Assembly: GCA_014729775.1 (NCBI GenBank)
Contig: WJJJ01000013.1
Location: 2,947-66,946, forward strand
Source: Candidatus Omnitrophota bacterium
GTDB lineage: Bacteria; Omnitrophota; Gorgyraeia; Duberdicusellales; 4484-171
DNA: 64,000 bases
Direction of reading: 5' to 3'
In this document: in pieces, positions 28,700-38,706 of the stretch
Numbering within the stretch: position 1 is the first letter of the stretch
How the letters are laid out: each line of letters starts with the position of its first letter
Position numbers and translations under genes: made by a program
Notes under the pieces: model-generated
What the model was told of the DNA's origin: nothing
What the model saw: only the letters and a program-made list of their open reading frames with translations
The model's database searches: none

Positions 28700-30145
28700 A
28701 TGCGAATCGCGCAGATTACGGTGTTGGCGGGATGCGTGGCGGTATTGGCCGCCTGCGGAGACGCACGTTACGGATCGGAAAAGCTGTACTGGAAAGCTGA
28801 ACAGCGGGCGGCAAAAATAATTGCCCGTAAAGGTCCCGGGAATCTCACCGCCGACGATTATGCCCGGATTATCGAAGGGTATCGCAGGGTTACCAGTACC
28901 TATCCTTATCAGTACAAGACCGTGCAAGCGCATTTTGATATCGCGCGGGTGTATTTGGCGCAGGATAAATTCGAACCGGCGCTTGAAGAACTGGAAACAG
29001 TGATCCACAATTTTTCGGCCGCGCCGAAAATCGCGTCACGGGCGCAGTTCGCGATCGCGAAACTTTACGAAGCGCGGCGCGAGTATGAAACCGCGCTGGA
29101 GGAATACGACAAAATTCTTGATTTATATCCGGTGACCCCAATCGGCCTGGAAACACCGATTTACCTTATCCGCTTTCATGAACGCGTGCGCGATGATCAG
29201 GAGGAGGCTGCACGTGCCTATCAGCGGGCGCTGAGGCACTACCGCTCGCTTGCCGGAGAATACGGGGAGGAGACCCCGGTCGGGGTGGCGGTAAAAGATT
29301 ACCTGGCGCGAACGTATTTATTGAAAGAGCAGTGGCAGGATGCCGCCGGCGTGTGGGAAGAAGTGATGAACCAGAAAGAAGTGCCTTTGCTGGCTGGCAA
29401 GGCCCAGCTCGCGCGCGCATCGTTGTTCGCAGACCAGCTCAAGGAACCTTCCCGCGCGATCGAATTGTACAAATCGTTCGAGCAGAAATTTCCGCGCAGC
29501 CGCATGCTGCCAATGGCTCTTTTTCAGTTGGGACGGGTGTATCTTAAGGAAGGAAACCTTCCCGAGGCGAAAGAAACGTTTGAGAAAATAATCACGCAGT
29601 TTCCCCGGAATACGGAACTGAATATCCTGTCCCGGGTTGCTATCGCGGAAGCGTATAAAAAGGAAGGAGATCTGGAAGCGGTACGGCGGGAGTATACGAC
29701 ATTAGAGAGCGCCTATCCGGAGAGTCCGAAAGTGTTCGCGGTGCCTTACCTTCTCTATACCTATTACCGCGATGCCGGACGCGATACTAAGGCGGCGATG
29801 CTGCTGGAGCTGGCGATTACTGAGTATGAAAAAAAACTGGAGCGGATCGTCGATCAGCGAAAAAAGGATGCGCTGGCGCAGTGGCTGATTCTTTCGTACC
29901 GGGAAAAAGGTCAATGGCAAAAAGCTATCGACGTGCTTGATCAGCTTGCTGAAGATTTCCCCGGGGATCCGCGGTATCCGCTGGCGGCCGCCGCGCTGTA
30001 TAAGAATCAAATGAAAGATCCTGCGGGAGCGTTAAAGATGTACGAAGAGGTGCAGAACGCGTATCCGCTGAACGAGATGGTTACCGATTCACTCCAGAAA
30101 CAGATTGAGTCTCTGCAGGGAGTACTGAAGGTGGGGGATCAGTGA
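28700..30145 (+). CDS. TPR-repeat lipoprotein (PrsT-analogous)
   Basis: Lipobox LAAC; repeated TPR helices ending YP/FP. Confidence 0.82.
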   Translation: MRIAQITVLAGCVAVLAACGDARYGSEKLYWKAEQRAAKIIARKGPGNLTADDYARIIEGYRRVTSTYPYQYKTVQAHFDIARVYLAQDKFEPALEELETVIHNFSAAPKIASRAQFAIAKLYEARREYETALEEYDKILDLYPVTPIGLETPIYLIRFHERVRDDQEEAARAYQRALRHYRSLAGEYGEETPVGVAVKDYLARTYLLKEQWQDAAGVWEEVMNQKEVPLLAGKAQLARASLFADQLKEPSRAIELYKSFEQKFPRSRMLPMALFQLGRVYLKEGNLPEAKETFEKIITQFPRNTELNILSRVAIAEAYKKEGDLEAVRREYTTLESAYPESPKVFAVPYLLYTYYRDAGRDTKAAMLLELAITEYEKKLERIVDQRKKDALAQWLILSYREKGQWQKAIDVLDQLAEDFPGDPRYPLAAAALYKNQMKDPAGALKMYEEVQNAYPLNEMVTDSLQKQIESLQGVLKVGDQ

Positions 30146-31569
30146 AGCGTGCCGGGTTCTCGATTTCATGGGGATGGATTACTGCTGTCGCCGCGGTGCT
30201 GGCGCTTTCGGGTTGTGTGGATCCCGGCTACCGGGCCGAACGGCTTTTTTGGCAGGCCGAACGCAAGGCAGATGAAGTATTCAAAAAAGGCATCGATAAT
30301 TTTACCGACGAGGATTTTGAAACGCTTATCGGGCTTTACCGGAAAGTAGTGGAAGCCGCCCCTCTTGAAGACGAAAGCTCCCAGGCGCAGTTCATTATTG
30401 CCGATCTCTATACCTACCAGCATAAATACCGGAAAGCACAGCAGCAGTTACTGCAGATAGAGAATAATTTTTTTACCAAACCGGTGATCGCTTCCCGTGC
30501 GAAATTTTTCATGGCTAAGCTTTACGAAAAAAGGGAGAAGCCGGAGGAAGCAATTCAATATTACGAGGAATTAATGTCTAAGTATCCGGTGACGCCGATC
30601 GGGCTCACCCTGCCGCGGTACTTAATGACAAAATATAAAGAAGAGGGGAGTGCCGGGAAAGCCCGGGAGTTTTACGACCGCGCGATTACCCACTACCAGG
30701 ATCTTCTGTCGCAGTATACCGATACCGCGGTCGCGCCGACGGTGTACGACGCGTTAGCCGAATTGTATCTGGCGGAAGGTGAACCGGAAAAAGCCCTGGA
30801 GATGTGGGATCGGATCATTCTTGATTATCCGGAAAGCGGCTATATTCCTAAAGCGTATACCTCAAAAGCGGAAACGTATGTCCGGCAGTTATCTCACATG
30901 AAGAACGCGCAAGAGGTGTATGAGCAGTTCAGCGAACGCTATCCTGATTTTCCTCAGCGGCCGGAAATCGAACTGCGGCTGGCCCGGCTGTATCTTCAGG
31001 ATGACAAGACAGCCAAAGCCAAACGCATCTATCGCGAGATCATCAATGAATTTCCAGAAAAGTCGACCCTCCTCGCGCAGGCCTATGCGGGACTTGCCGA
31101 ATGTTATCAGAAAGAAGCGAATACCGGGAAAATGGAGGAAACCTACGGGTACATTCGGGAACATTTTCCCGACTCACAGGCGGCGTTCATGATACCATTT
31201 TTGACCGCCCGGTACTATGAGCAAACGGGGTTTCATCAGAAAGCTCAACGCGGATATCGGCAGGCGGCAAAGAAATACGAACAATATCTGGCGAAGCATC
31301 CTGATCCTCGCGTAAAAAAAGAAGCGGCAAATGTGCTTACATTATGTTATATTAAGACAAACCGGGTGAGCGACGCGGTGGCGTTACTGGAAAAGCTCTC
31401 AACGGCGTTTCCCCGTGATCCGATGTATTTATTCGATCTTGCAACCTTGTACGTAAATCTGCATAAGCCGGAAAAAGCCCGGGAGGTTTACCAAACCATC
31501 CAGGAGAAATATCCGACGAATTATTTCGTGAACCGGCTCGCGCAGCGGAGGATGAATACGCTTCGGTAG
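30142..31569 (+). CDS. TPR-repeat lipoprotein, paralogue of the upstream gene
   Basis: Lipobox LSGC; TPR repeats; shares IASRA.F..AKLYE and YPVTPIGL with 28700-30145. Confidence 0.82.
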   Translation: MKRAGFSISWGWITAVAAVLALSGCVDPGYRAERLFWQAERKADEVFKKGIDNFTDEDFETLIGLYRKVVEAAPLEDESSQAQFIIADLYTYQHKYRKAQQQLLQIENNFFTKPVIASRAKFFMAKLYEKREKPEEAIQYYEELMSKYPVTPIGLTLPRYLMTKYKEEGSAGKAREFYDRAITHYQDLLSQYTDTAVAPTVYDALAELYLAEGEPEKALEMWDRIILDYPESGYIPKAYTSKAETYVRQLSHMKNAQEVYEQFSERYPDFPQRPEIELRLARLYLQDDKTAKAKRIYREIINEFPEKSTLLAQAYAGLAECYQKEANTGKMEETYGYIREHFPDSQAAFMIPFLTARYYEQTGFHQKAQRGYRQAAKKYEQYLAKHPDPRVKKEAANVLTLCYIKTNRVSDAVALLEKLSTAFPRDPMYLFDLATLYVNLHKPEKAREVYQTIQEKYPTNYFVNRLAQRRMNTLR

Positions 31570-31612
31570 TGCCGTCCGGATGCGTGATTCTTCTTGAAGC
31601 CACGGAAAATCC

Positions 31613-32473
31613 ATGAATAAGAAGATCTCATTTGCCGGTATCGAACTTACCCTCAGGACGTTGCGGCGGATTGTGCTTATGAGCGCGCTTTTCGCGGCGG
31701 TGTATTTTCCCGTAATCCCCCATTTTATCTCGCGGTTTTCCGCCCGTGATTCCTATTATTCTCATGGTTTCTTGATCCCTGTGGTTTCGCTGTATTTGGT
31801 GTTTCGCAGCCGGGAAATACTGGCCCGTATACCCACATGGCCGCATCCGGCCGGTTTCGCGCTGATTCTTTTAGGGCTGGCAATGTATCTGATCGGGTAT
31901 GTGCTTCAGATCAATTTCGGGATGTACGCGAGCCTGCTGCCGGTGCTCTTCGGATTAGCGCTGTATTTGGGGGGATCGCAATACTTCCGGGTATTGTTCT
32001 TTCCCATTCTATTTTTGGGATTCATGCTGCCGCTGCCGCAAGTATTCATTATCGGCGCTTCATTCCGGTTGAAACTCATGGCCGCGCAGGCAGCGACGTT
32101 CCTGTCGCGAATGATGGGAATAGAGGCAGTGCAAAATGGATCGATGATTTACTATCCGGGCGGGCAGATACTTGTCGGAGATCCCTGCAGCGGGTTGAGG
32201 TCGTTGATTGCATTTATCGCGCTCGGGGCGCTGTGTGCTTATCTGGCACGGGGAAGTACGATCAAACGGGTGTTACTGTTTGTTCTTGCCGTGCCGGTCG
32301 CGCTTTTCTCAAATCTGTTGAGGCTGACCTTTCTGGTCGGGGTCGGCTATGTCTACGGCGAAAAAATCGCTTCGGGGACGGTGCATGATGTTTCAGGGAT
32401 GCTGGTGTTTGTACTCGGTTTTCTCTGTTTTGTGGGTCTTATCCGGCTGTTAGGCTGCCGGATTGAGGTGTGA
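31613..32473 (+). CDS. xrt: Exosortase
   Basis: YSHGFLIP, catalytic Cys (DPCSGLRSL), Arg (NLLR) and His (VHD); about 8 TMs. Confidence 0.93.
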   Translation: MNKKISFAGIELTLRTLRRIVLMSALFAAVYFPVIPHFISRFSARDSYYSHGFLIPVVSLYLVFRSREILARIPTWPHPAGFALILLGLAMYLIGYVLQINFGMYASLLPVLFGLALYLGGSQYFRVLFFPILFLGFMLPLPQVFIIGASFRLKLMAAQAATFLSRMMGIEAVQNGSMIYYPGGQILVGDPCSGLRSLIAFIALGALCAYLARGSTIKRVLLFVLAVPVALFSNLLRLTFLVGVGYVYGEKIASGTVHDVSGMLVFVLGFLCFVGLIRLLGCRIEV

Positions 32474-32474
32474 A

Positions 32475-33116
32475 ATGCGCAAAAATATTTTTCGTTCTTT
32501 TCTGACCGTTCCCTATTTTCAGGTCGCCTGCCTGTTCGCAGCTGCGGCATTGTTGATCGGGAAGATGGAACTGTCTGCCCGTTCCTCTCCGGCTCCCTCT
32601 CAAATTTCGTTCCCGATGCAGATTGGAGAATGGAAAGGAAAAGACCTGGAGGTTGACGAAAGTACCTATGAGATCCTGGAAACGCGGGACGTGATCTCCC
32701 GGGAATATACCGATCCCGACGGCGATACGCTGTATTTTTCGCTCGTGTACGCGCAGGATACCCGGCACAGCTTTCATCCTCCCGAACTCTGTTATGTCGG
32801 GGGCGGTGTGGAGGTCATGGGCAAGGAAAAGGCCGAAATCCCGCTCGATCAGGATCAATTAACCGTAAACGTCCTGTACATGAAAGCCGGGTATGGAAAC
32901 CTGCGCGCCTGGTACTGGTTTTCTGCCGGTTCGGAATTCACCGACAGCTATGTAGGCCAGCAAATACGGCTTTTTTTCGACGTCATGCGCGGGGAAAAAC
33001 CGTCCGGCGCGCTGATCAGAGTCTCGACCCCTTCTCCGGAATCGGCACCCAAGGCCGAATCCTTCATCCGAAAGCTCATCCCTCCTCTCAAACGGACCCT
33101 CGAAAAAATAGGTTGA
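32475..33116 (+). CDS. epsI: EpsI family exosortase-associated protein
   Basis: FPMQIGEWKG, HPPELCYVGGG, WYWF, GALIRVS; directly after exosortase. Confidence 0.9.
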   Translation: MRKNIFRSFLTVPYFQVACLFAAAALLIGKMELSARSSPAPSQISFPMQIGEWKGKDLEVDESTYEILETRDVISREYTDPDGDTLYFSLVYAQDTRHSFHPPELCYVGGGVEVMGKEKAEIPLDQDQLTVNVLYMKAGYGNLRAWYWFSAGSEFTDSYVGQQIRLFFDVMRGEKPSGALIRVSTPSPESAPKAESFIRKLIPPLKRTLEKIG

Positions 33117-33165
33117 TAAAGAATTTTTGAAATGTTATACTTTAGTTCTCCTCAAAAGAGAACCT

Positions 33166-34374
33166 ATGGAGTCAAATCCGTACGAAAATCCAGTAAAAGA
33201 ATTTCTTACGGTCAGTCTGGACCGCTGTATGCAGGAAGTAAATGCCGGTTCGGGCTCGATCTTTCTCGTGGACGAGGTGACCCAGGACCTTGTCCTTGAA
33301 ATTATCCACAGTAAAGAAAGGCGTAATCTTGAAGGAACCCGCACCAAGCTCGGAGAACGGGTGTCCGGCAGGGTCGCGCAGGAACGAAAACCCTTTCTAG
33401 TGGCGAATATTGATTCCGAACCGTCGTTCGGTACCTTTCCTCGTTATTCTCACTACCAGTCTAAATCGTTTTTGTCGGTTCCCCTCGAATCATCGGGCAC
33501 TCTGCTTGGAGTGGTGAATCTCACGGAAAAGGGGGACGGGACCGTATTTGATAATGATGATCTTGATGCCGTGATGCTTATCGCCAGACAGCTGGGGATT
33601 GCGCTCGAGAAACTGAAACTATTTTCCGCCTCTCAGAAAACCGAATATTTGCGGCTGAAAGCCGAACGGGAGAATCTTTCCCGGTCAATCGAACAGTATA
33701 AGAAATTCTCTTCGCTCGGGAAATTCATCGGCGGGCTCGTACACGAGATCAATAACCCGCTGGACGGAGTCATGCGATACATAAACTTAAGCATGGACCG
33801 CGTGCAGTCCGACGAGGTGCTCAAAGAGTATCTGCAGGAGTCGCAGAAGGGATTGCAGCGTATCGCTCAATTCGTACGTTCATTGCTCGATTTTTCCTGG
33901 AGCATGTCCTCGGCGGGCCGGGAGATCGACGTGAACCGGATCTTTGAAGAAACCCGTTTCCTGTATGACGGTGAATTGCGTTCCGGCAATGTGTCGGTGG
34001 AAACGGAACTGGACTCCAATCTGCCCAAGATCCCGGATTACGGGCTTAAGATTGTGCTGAATAATCTTTTCAAGAATGCCCGGGAGGCGATGCAGCCGGA
34101 GGGCGGGGTAATACGGGCCAAGACGCGTAAGATTCCCGGCGGTATTATGGTGGAGTTTTCCGATACGGGTGCCGGCATTCCTGCCGAGGTAAAAGGAAGG
34201 ATTTTTGAACCTTTTTTCACCACGAAGCAGATGGGAGAAGGGTCCGGGCTGGGACTGGCGTTGGTGAGTGAAATCGTAGAGAAATATAAAGGAACGATCC
34301 ACGTGGACAGCGGCCGGGGAGCCGGCACTACTTTTCGTATTTTCCTTCCCGCCTCAAATTTTCAGACGACATGA
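33166..34374 (+). CDS. Cytoplasmic GAF-domain histidine kinase
   Basis: GAF (GSIFL, SFLSVPL, GVVNL), VHEINNPL, DTGAGI, FEPFFTTK, GSGLGL; no TM. Confidence 0.9.
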   Translation: MESNPYENPVKEFLTVSLDRCMQEVNAGSGSIFLVDEVTQDLVLEIIHSKERRNLEGTRTKLGERVSGRVAQERKPFLVANIDSEPSFGTFPRYSHYQSKSFLSVPLESSGTLLGVVNLTEKGDGTVFDNDDLDAVMLIARQLGIALEKLKLFSASQKTEYLRLKAERENLSRSIEQYKKFSSLGKFIGGLVHEINNPLDGVMRYINLSMDRVQSDEVLKEYLQESQKGLQRIAQFVRSLLDFSWSMSSAGREIDVNRIFEETRFLYDGELRSGNVSVETELDSNLPKIPDYGLKIVLNNLFKNAREAMQPEGGVIRAKTRKIPGGIMVEFSDTGAGIPAEVKGRIFEPFFTTKQMGEGSGLGLALVSEIVEKYKGTIHVDSGRGAGTTFRIFLPASNFQTT

Positions 34375-35756
34375 AATCGCACAACAAGATCCTGATCGTT
34401 GATGATGAACCGCTCACCCGCAAATCACTGCAGGAAATTCTCAGGAAAGACGGGTATGCGGTTTCGTCTGCCGGGGACGGGGAAAACGCGTGTGAAATAG
34501 TGGCACGCGAAGTGCCGGATGTGGTCCTGACCGATTTTAAACTGCCCGGCATGGACGGTCTGCAATTGTTGAAAAAAATAAAAGAACAGTATCCGGGAAT
34601 CGAGGTCGTTCTTATTACCGCTTACGGTTCCATAGAGCACGCGGTAAAAGCCATGCGCGAAGGGGCGTTCGATTACGTCACCAAGCCGATCATTGATGAT
34701 GAAATCAAAATTATCATCCGCAGGGTATTCGAGCAGAAGAAAATTCTTGATGAGAATGAGTTCCTGAAACGGCAGCTTACCTCGCATGCGCGGGAGAAGT
34801 TCCACACGATTATCGGCAAGAACCCCCGCATGCAAAAAATTTATAATTTGATTGAAACCGTCGCGCCGACCAATGCGATTATTTTGATTCAGGGCGACAG
34901 CGGGACGGGAAAACGGGTAGTGGCTCACGCGATTCACCGTGCGGATTATCATCGGAAAGACCATCCCTTGATCGAAGTCAGTTGTGGGGCATTGCCGGAG
35001 AATCTGCTTGAGAGCGAGTTGTTCGGCCACGTCAAGGGCGCGTTTACCGGAGCGATTAAGGATAGGCAGGGAAGATTCGAAGCCGCCCATGAGGGGACGA
35101 TCTTTCTCGATGAGATCGATACCTTCAGTCCGAAACTGCAGGTGAAGCTTTTGCGTATCTTGCAGGAAGGGGAATTCGAACGGGTAGGAGATACCAAAAC
35201 GATTCAGGTCAACGTCCGGGTCATTGCCGCGACAAATCAGGATTTAAAAGAATTGATTCAGCAGGGAACATTCCGGGAGGATCTATATTACCGGCTTAAC
35301 GTGATCCCCATACATCTGCCTCCTTTGCGGGAACGCCGGGACGACATCCCCCTGCTTATTCAGCACTTTTTGGAAAAAGGCGGCCGGAAACTTTCGGTGA
35401 AACCAAAACAGTTTTCCCCGGAAGCGATGGGGATATTGTGCAGTTACGAATGGCCGGGCAACGTGCGCGAACTGGAGAACGTGGTGGAACGCGCCTTAAT
35501 TCTTTGCAAGTCGAAAACCGTCGGCCCTGATGATCTGCCTGAAGCCGTGCAGAATTCACCGGTGACCGCAGATACCGGCAGTGTGGCTGATGAAAGCGTT
35601 TCGCTTAAAGACGCGCTTCGGGTGTCTGAGAAAAAGATCATCGCCGAGGCGCTGGAAAGATGCGGATGGAACCGGAAGAAAGCGTCTTTGATGTTAGGAA
35701 TTAACCGTACCACGCTTTATAATAAGATGAGAGACTACGGTTTGCTGGATGAATAG
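34371..35756 (+). CDS. sigma54-dependent response regulator (NtrC/AtoC family)
   Basis: Receiver, GDSGTGK, GAFTGA, WPGNVRELEN, HTH GINRTTLY. Confidence 0.93.
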   Translation: MKSHNKILIVDDEPLTRKSLQEILRKDGYAVSSAGDGENACEIVAREVPDVVLTDFKLPGMDGLQLLKKIKEQYPGIEVVLITAYGSIEHAVKAMREGAFDYVTKPIIDDEIKIIIRRVFEQKKILDENEFLKRQLTSHAREKFHTIIGKNPRMQKIYNLIETVAPTNAIILIQGDSGTGKRVVAHAIHRADYHRKDHPLIEVSCGALPENLLESELFGHVKGAFTGAIKDRQGRFEAAHEGTIFLDEIDTFSPKLQVKLLRILQEGEFERVGDTKTIQVNVRVIAATNQDLKELIQQGTFREDLYYRLNVIPIHLPPLRERRDDIPLLIQHFLEKGGRKLSVKPKQFSPEAMGILCSYEWPGNVRELENVVERALILCKSKTVGPDDLPEAVQNSPVTADTGSVADESVSLKDALRVSEKKIIAEALERCGWNRKKASLMLGINRTTLYNKMRDYGLLDE

Positions 35757-35761
35757 GCTTT

Positions 35762-37153
35762 TTAACCGCGGATTCTTTTCCGGCGATGATAGGGAGGGAT
35801 CCTCAATTCTTCCCGGTATTTTGCCACTGTTCTTCGTGCGATTCTTATACCCTTGCCACTCAGCTGCTGCGCGATTTGCGAGTCTTTGAGGGGCTCATCC
35901 GCCGTTTCTTCTTCAATCAGCGAAAGGATTTCTTCTTTTACCATTTCCTGGGAAATATCGGCGCCGTTGCTTGAAGGAAAAGATTTGGTAAGGAAAAAAT
36001 CAAGCCGGTAGATGCCGTAGGGCGTGGAAATATATTTGTTATTTACTACCCGGCTTACGGTCGATTCGTTGCGGTGTGCTTTCAGGGCGATATCCTTGAG
36101 TGTTAACGGATTGAGCCGGGCCGGATCTCCCTGAAGAAAGAATTCTTTTTGATGTTCCACGATAAGGGTCCCGATCCTGCGTATGGTTTCTTCTCTTTTC
36201 ATCACCGCTTTGATTACCGTGAGAGCGTATTTCACTTTTCCGCGAATGTACCGTTTCGTTTCGGGAGAAAGCTCTCCTTCCCTGAGCAATTCCAGGTAAC
36301 GGCTGCTCACCCGTAGTCGGGGCAGGAACGAATTGTTTACCCTGATTTCCAGACTGCTTTTATGCTGTTCTACGGTAAGGTCTGGTTGAGAGGCGGCGTT
36401 AAACTGCCGGGTAAAGGCAGTGAATTTGTCCCCGGGGCGGGGAGCGAGAGAGGAAATTTCCTTTTTCGCGGCAAGTACCTCTCGATGCGGGATTTTGAGC
36501 TTCCTGGAGATCGCCGCGATTTTATTTTTCGCGAGTTCGGGGAGACAGGAAGTAATAATACGATAGGCGGGAGAGTCTTTTTTCCCTCTGCGTTCCAGCT
36601 GAAGCAGAAGACTCTCTTTTAGATTACGCGCCCCGACTCCCGGAGGATCGCAGGTTTTTAACGTTTCTATCGCCGTTTCTATTTCTTCCGGAGAGAACGG
36701 GGTATGATGTTCGTTGCGCAGGAAGAGCGAAATTTCCTCAGAAGAGAGATTGAGATAACCGTTTTCATCTAAATTGCCCACCAGAAATTCCAGGATCAGC
36801 TGCTGACGGGAAGAGAGAGGCTGGATACGAATTTGACTGAGTAAATGCTCGGGTAGCGTGCGGGAGGACGTGATCAGCGATTCGGTGTAATTGCGCCGTT
36901 TGGCGGCTTCTTCCGGAGACAGACCCAGCGCAATATAGGGGTTTTCCTGTTCGGGGCGCGTGAGCTGTTCGGTTTGCTTCAGTAAATCCCTTTCCGGAGG
37001 ATCTATACATTCCAGTATCGGATTTTCTTCTGCCTGTGCTTCAAGAAAATGGCGTAAATCGGTTACCGGGAGCTGCAAAATACGCAGAAACTGACGCATT
37101 TGCGGGGTAAGTGCCAGCGTCTGGGTGAGTTTCTGACTTTGTTTAATTTCCAT
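35762..37153 (-). CDS. rpoN: RNA polymerase sigma54 factor
   Basis: Q/L-rich region I (LTPQMRQFLRILQLP), DPPGVGAR, ESTVSR, RpoN box ARRTVAKYRE. Confidence 0.95.
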   Translation of the reverse strand: MEIKQSQKLTQTLALTPQMRQFLRILQLPVTDLRHFLEAQAEENPILECIDPPERDLLKQTEQLTRPEQENPYIALGLSPEEAAKRRNYTESLITSSRTLPEHLLSQIRIQPLSSRQQLILEFLVGNLDENGYLNLSSEEISLFLRNEHHTPFSPEEIETAIETLKTCDPPGVGARNLKESLLLQLERRGKKDSPAYRIITSCLPELAKNKIAAISRKLKIPHREVLAAKKEISSLAPRPGDKFTAFTRQFNAASQPDLTVEQHKSSLEIRVNNSFLPRLRVSSRYLELLREGELSPETKRYIRGKVKYALTVIKAVMKREETIRRIGTLIVEHQKEFFLQGDPARLNPLTLKDIALKAHRNESTVSRVVNNKYISTPYGIYRLDFFLTKSFPSSNGADISQEMVKEEILSLIEEETADEPLKDSQIAQQLSGKGIRIARRTVAKYREELRIPPYHRRKRIRG

Positions 37154-37430
37154 GTTTTTTTACTTCTGCCGCCGGATAAATCAAAAAATTATTCTTCGGT
37201 TTTCGTTTTCTCTTTTTTTCTTCTCCGTCTCTGTGCTTCTTTCTTCTTGTTCCTTGCTTCCTGCCTTTTCCTCTGCGGCATCCAGGTTCTCAATTGTAAC
37301 ATATTTTCTTTCTCTTGAGCAATATTATTACACACTGTTTTTTATTGGAATTCTCCAATGATTGTGCTATAATTTGGCTCGTTGTGGAAACCGCGTCGAC
37401 GCGGAAAAAGACGAAATAAAGGAGCCGGAT

Positions 37431-37877
37431 ATGATCGAACAGAAAATTTATGAAGATTACGTTGCCGCGATGAAGAACCGGGAGAAGGAAAAGGCCGGTT
37501 TTTTGAGTTTTCTTCGGGCACAGCTGAAAAACGCGGCAATCGAAACACGCAGTGAAACGCTCGGTGATGAAAAAACCCTGGAGGTGCTTCAAAAACAGAA
37601 AAAGCGTCTTCAGGAAACGATTGAGAGTGTGCAGGCATCGGGGCGGGATGACCTCCGGCAGGAAGCGGAGCGGGAGCTTGAATTCCTTTCGGCGTATCTT
37701 CCGGAACCATTGTCTGAGGAGGAAATCCGCCGTATCGTGGACGAGGTCGTACAGTCTACCGGTGCTTCCTCTATGAAAGATATGGGACGGGTAATGAAAG
37801 AGATCCTGCCACGGACCGGCGCGCGCGCTGACGCCAAGGAGATCAGTCTGCTGGTCCGGCAAAAACTTTCCTCCTGA
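37431..37877 (+). CDS. GatB/YqeY domain protein
   Basis: AAMKNREK, GRDDL..EAE.E...L..YLPE.LSEEE, GASSMKDMGRVMK. Confidence 0.92.
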   Translation: MIEQKIYEDYVAAMKNREKEKAGFLSFLRAQLKNAAIETRSETLGDEKTLEVLQKQKKRLQETIESVQASGRDDLRQEAERELEFLSAYLPEPLSEEEIRRIVDEVVQSTGASSMKDMGRVMKEILPRTGARADAKEISLLVRQKLSS

Positions 37878-38103
37878 ACCCTCAACGTTCGGTTTATAAA
37901 TCTCTTTTTAGTCCGCTTAAGTGAATTTCTTTTCAGGTAATTTATAACTGCTTGTATACCCACTGCTTACAGAAAACGTTCAGTGTCCTATTCGCCTTGC
38001 TTTTTCCGGATTGAGTATGGTATACCCATATAATACCCCGGAGACGCTGTTCTTTGCCGTGGACCGGGCACTTTAGAAATTACCCAAAGGAGCGTGACCA
38101 GCC

Positions 38104-38505
38104 ATGCAGAGAATTTTTTCGTTGTGTCTTGTGATCGTGTTCATGACCGGATTCGCCGCTGGGAACCGTTCGGTTTCCTACGGTAACAGTATTTCCGTGA
38201 GAGGGCTGGCGTCCTGGTACTCGGAATCAGACCGCGGCGTGAAGAAAACCACGGCGAATATGGAAGTGTTTGACGACAGTCAGCTTACCTGCGCCATATG
38301 GAATGTGCCTTTCGGTACTAAATTGAAGATCACAAACACCCATACGGGAGAGTCGATTGTCGTGCGGGTAAATGACCGGGGTCCCGCGAAGCGGCTGGTG
38401 CGCCAGGGCCGGATTGTTGATTTGACGAAAGCCGCTTTCTCCCGGCTCGCGGACCTGGACGAAGGACTGATTGCGGTTGATATTCAGATCGTCTCTTCTC
38501 TCTAA
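38104..38505 (+). CDS. rlpA: RlpA family lytic transglycosylase (DPBB domain)
   Basis: GLASWY, TANME.FD...LTCA, PFGT, VRVNDRGP, RIVDLTKAAF. Confidence 0.88.
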   Translation: MQRIFSLCLVIVFMTGFAAGNRSVSYGNSISVRGLASWYSESDRGVKKTTANMEVFDDSQLTCAIWNVPFGTKLKITNTHTGESIVVRVNDRGPAKRLVRQGRIVDLTKAAFSRLADLDEGLIAVDIQIVSSL

Positions 38506-38706
38506 CTCATTCCCTTCCTTTTGTATAAGAATGTATTTCCTGCAGATACCGTGACGCGGTGCGGGCGTATGTGTGTTCGTTTTTCGGCCTGTCCCGGTCT
38601 CTTCTTCCGCCGCGAAATCCTTTTATTTTTCCCAAAATTAGGTATAATACTCCTCGGACCTTTTCCCGTATCAATCCGTGCGGACACATAAGGAAAGGAT
38701 TGAAAA

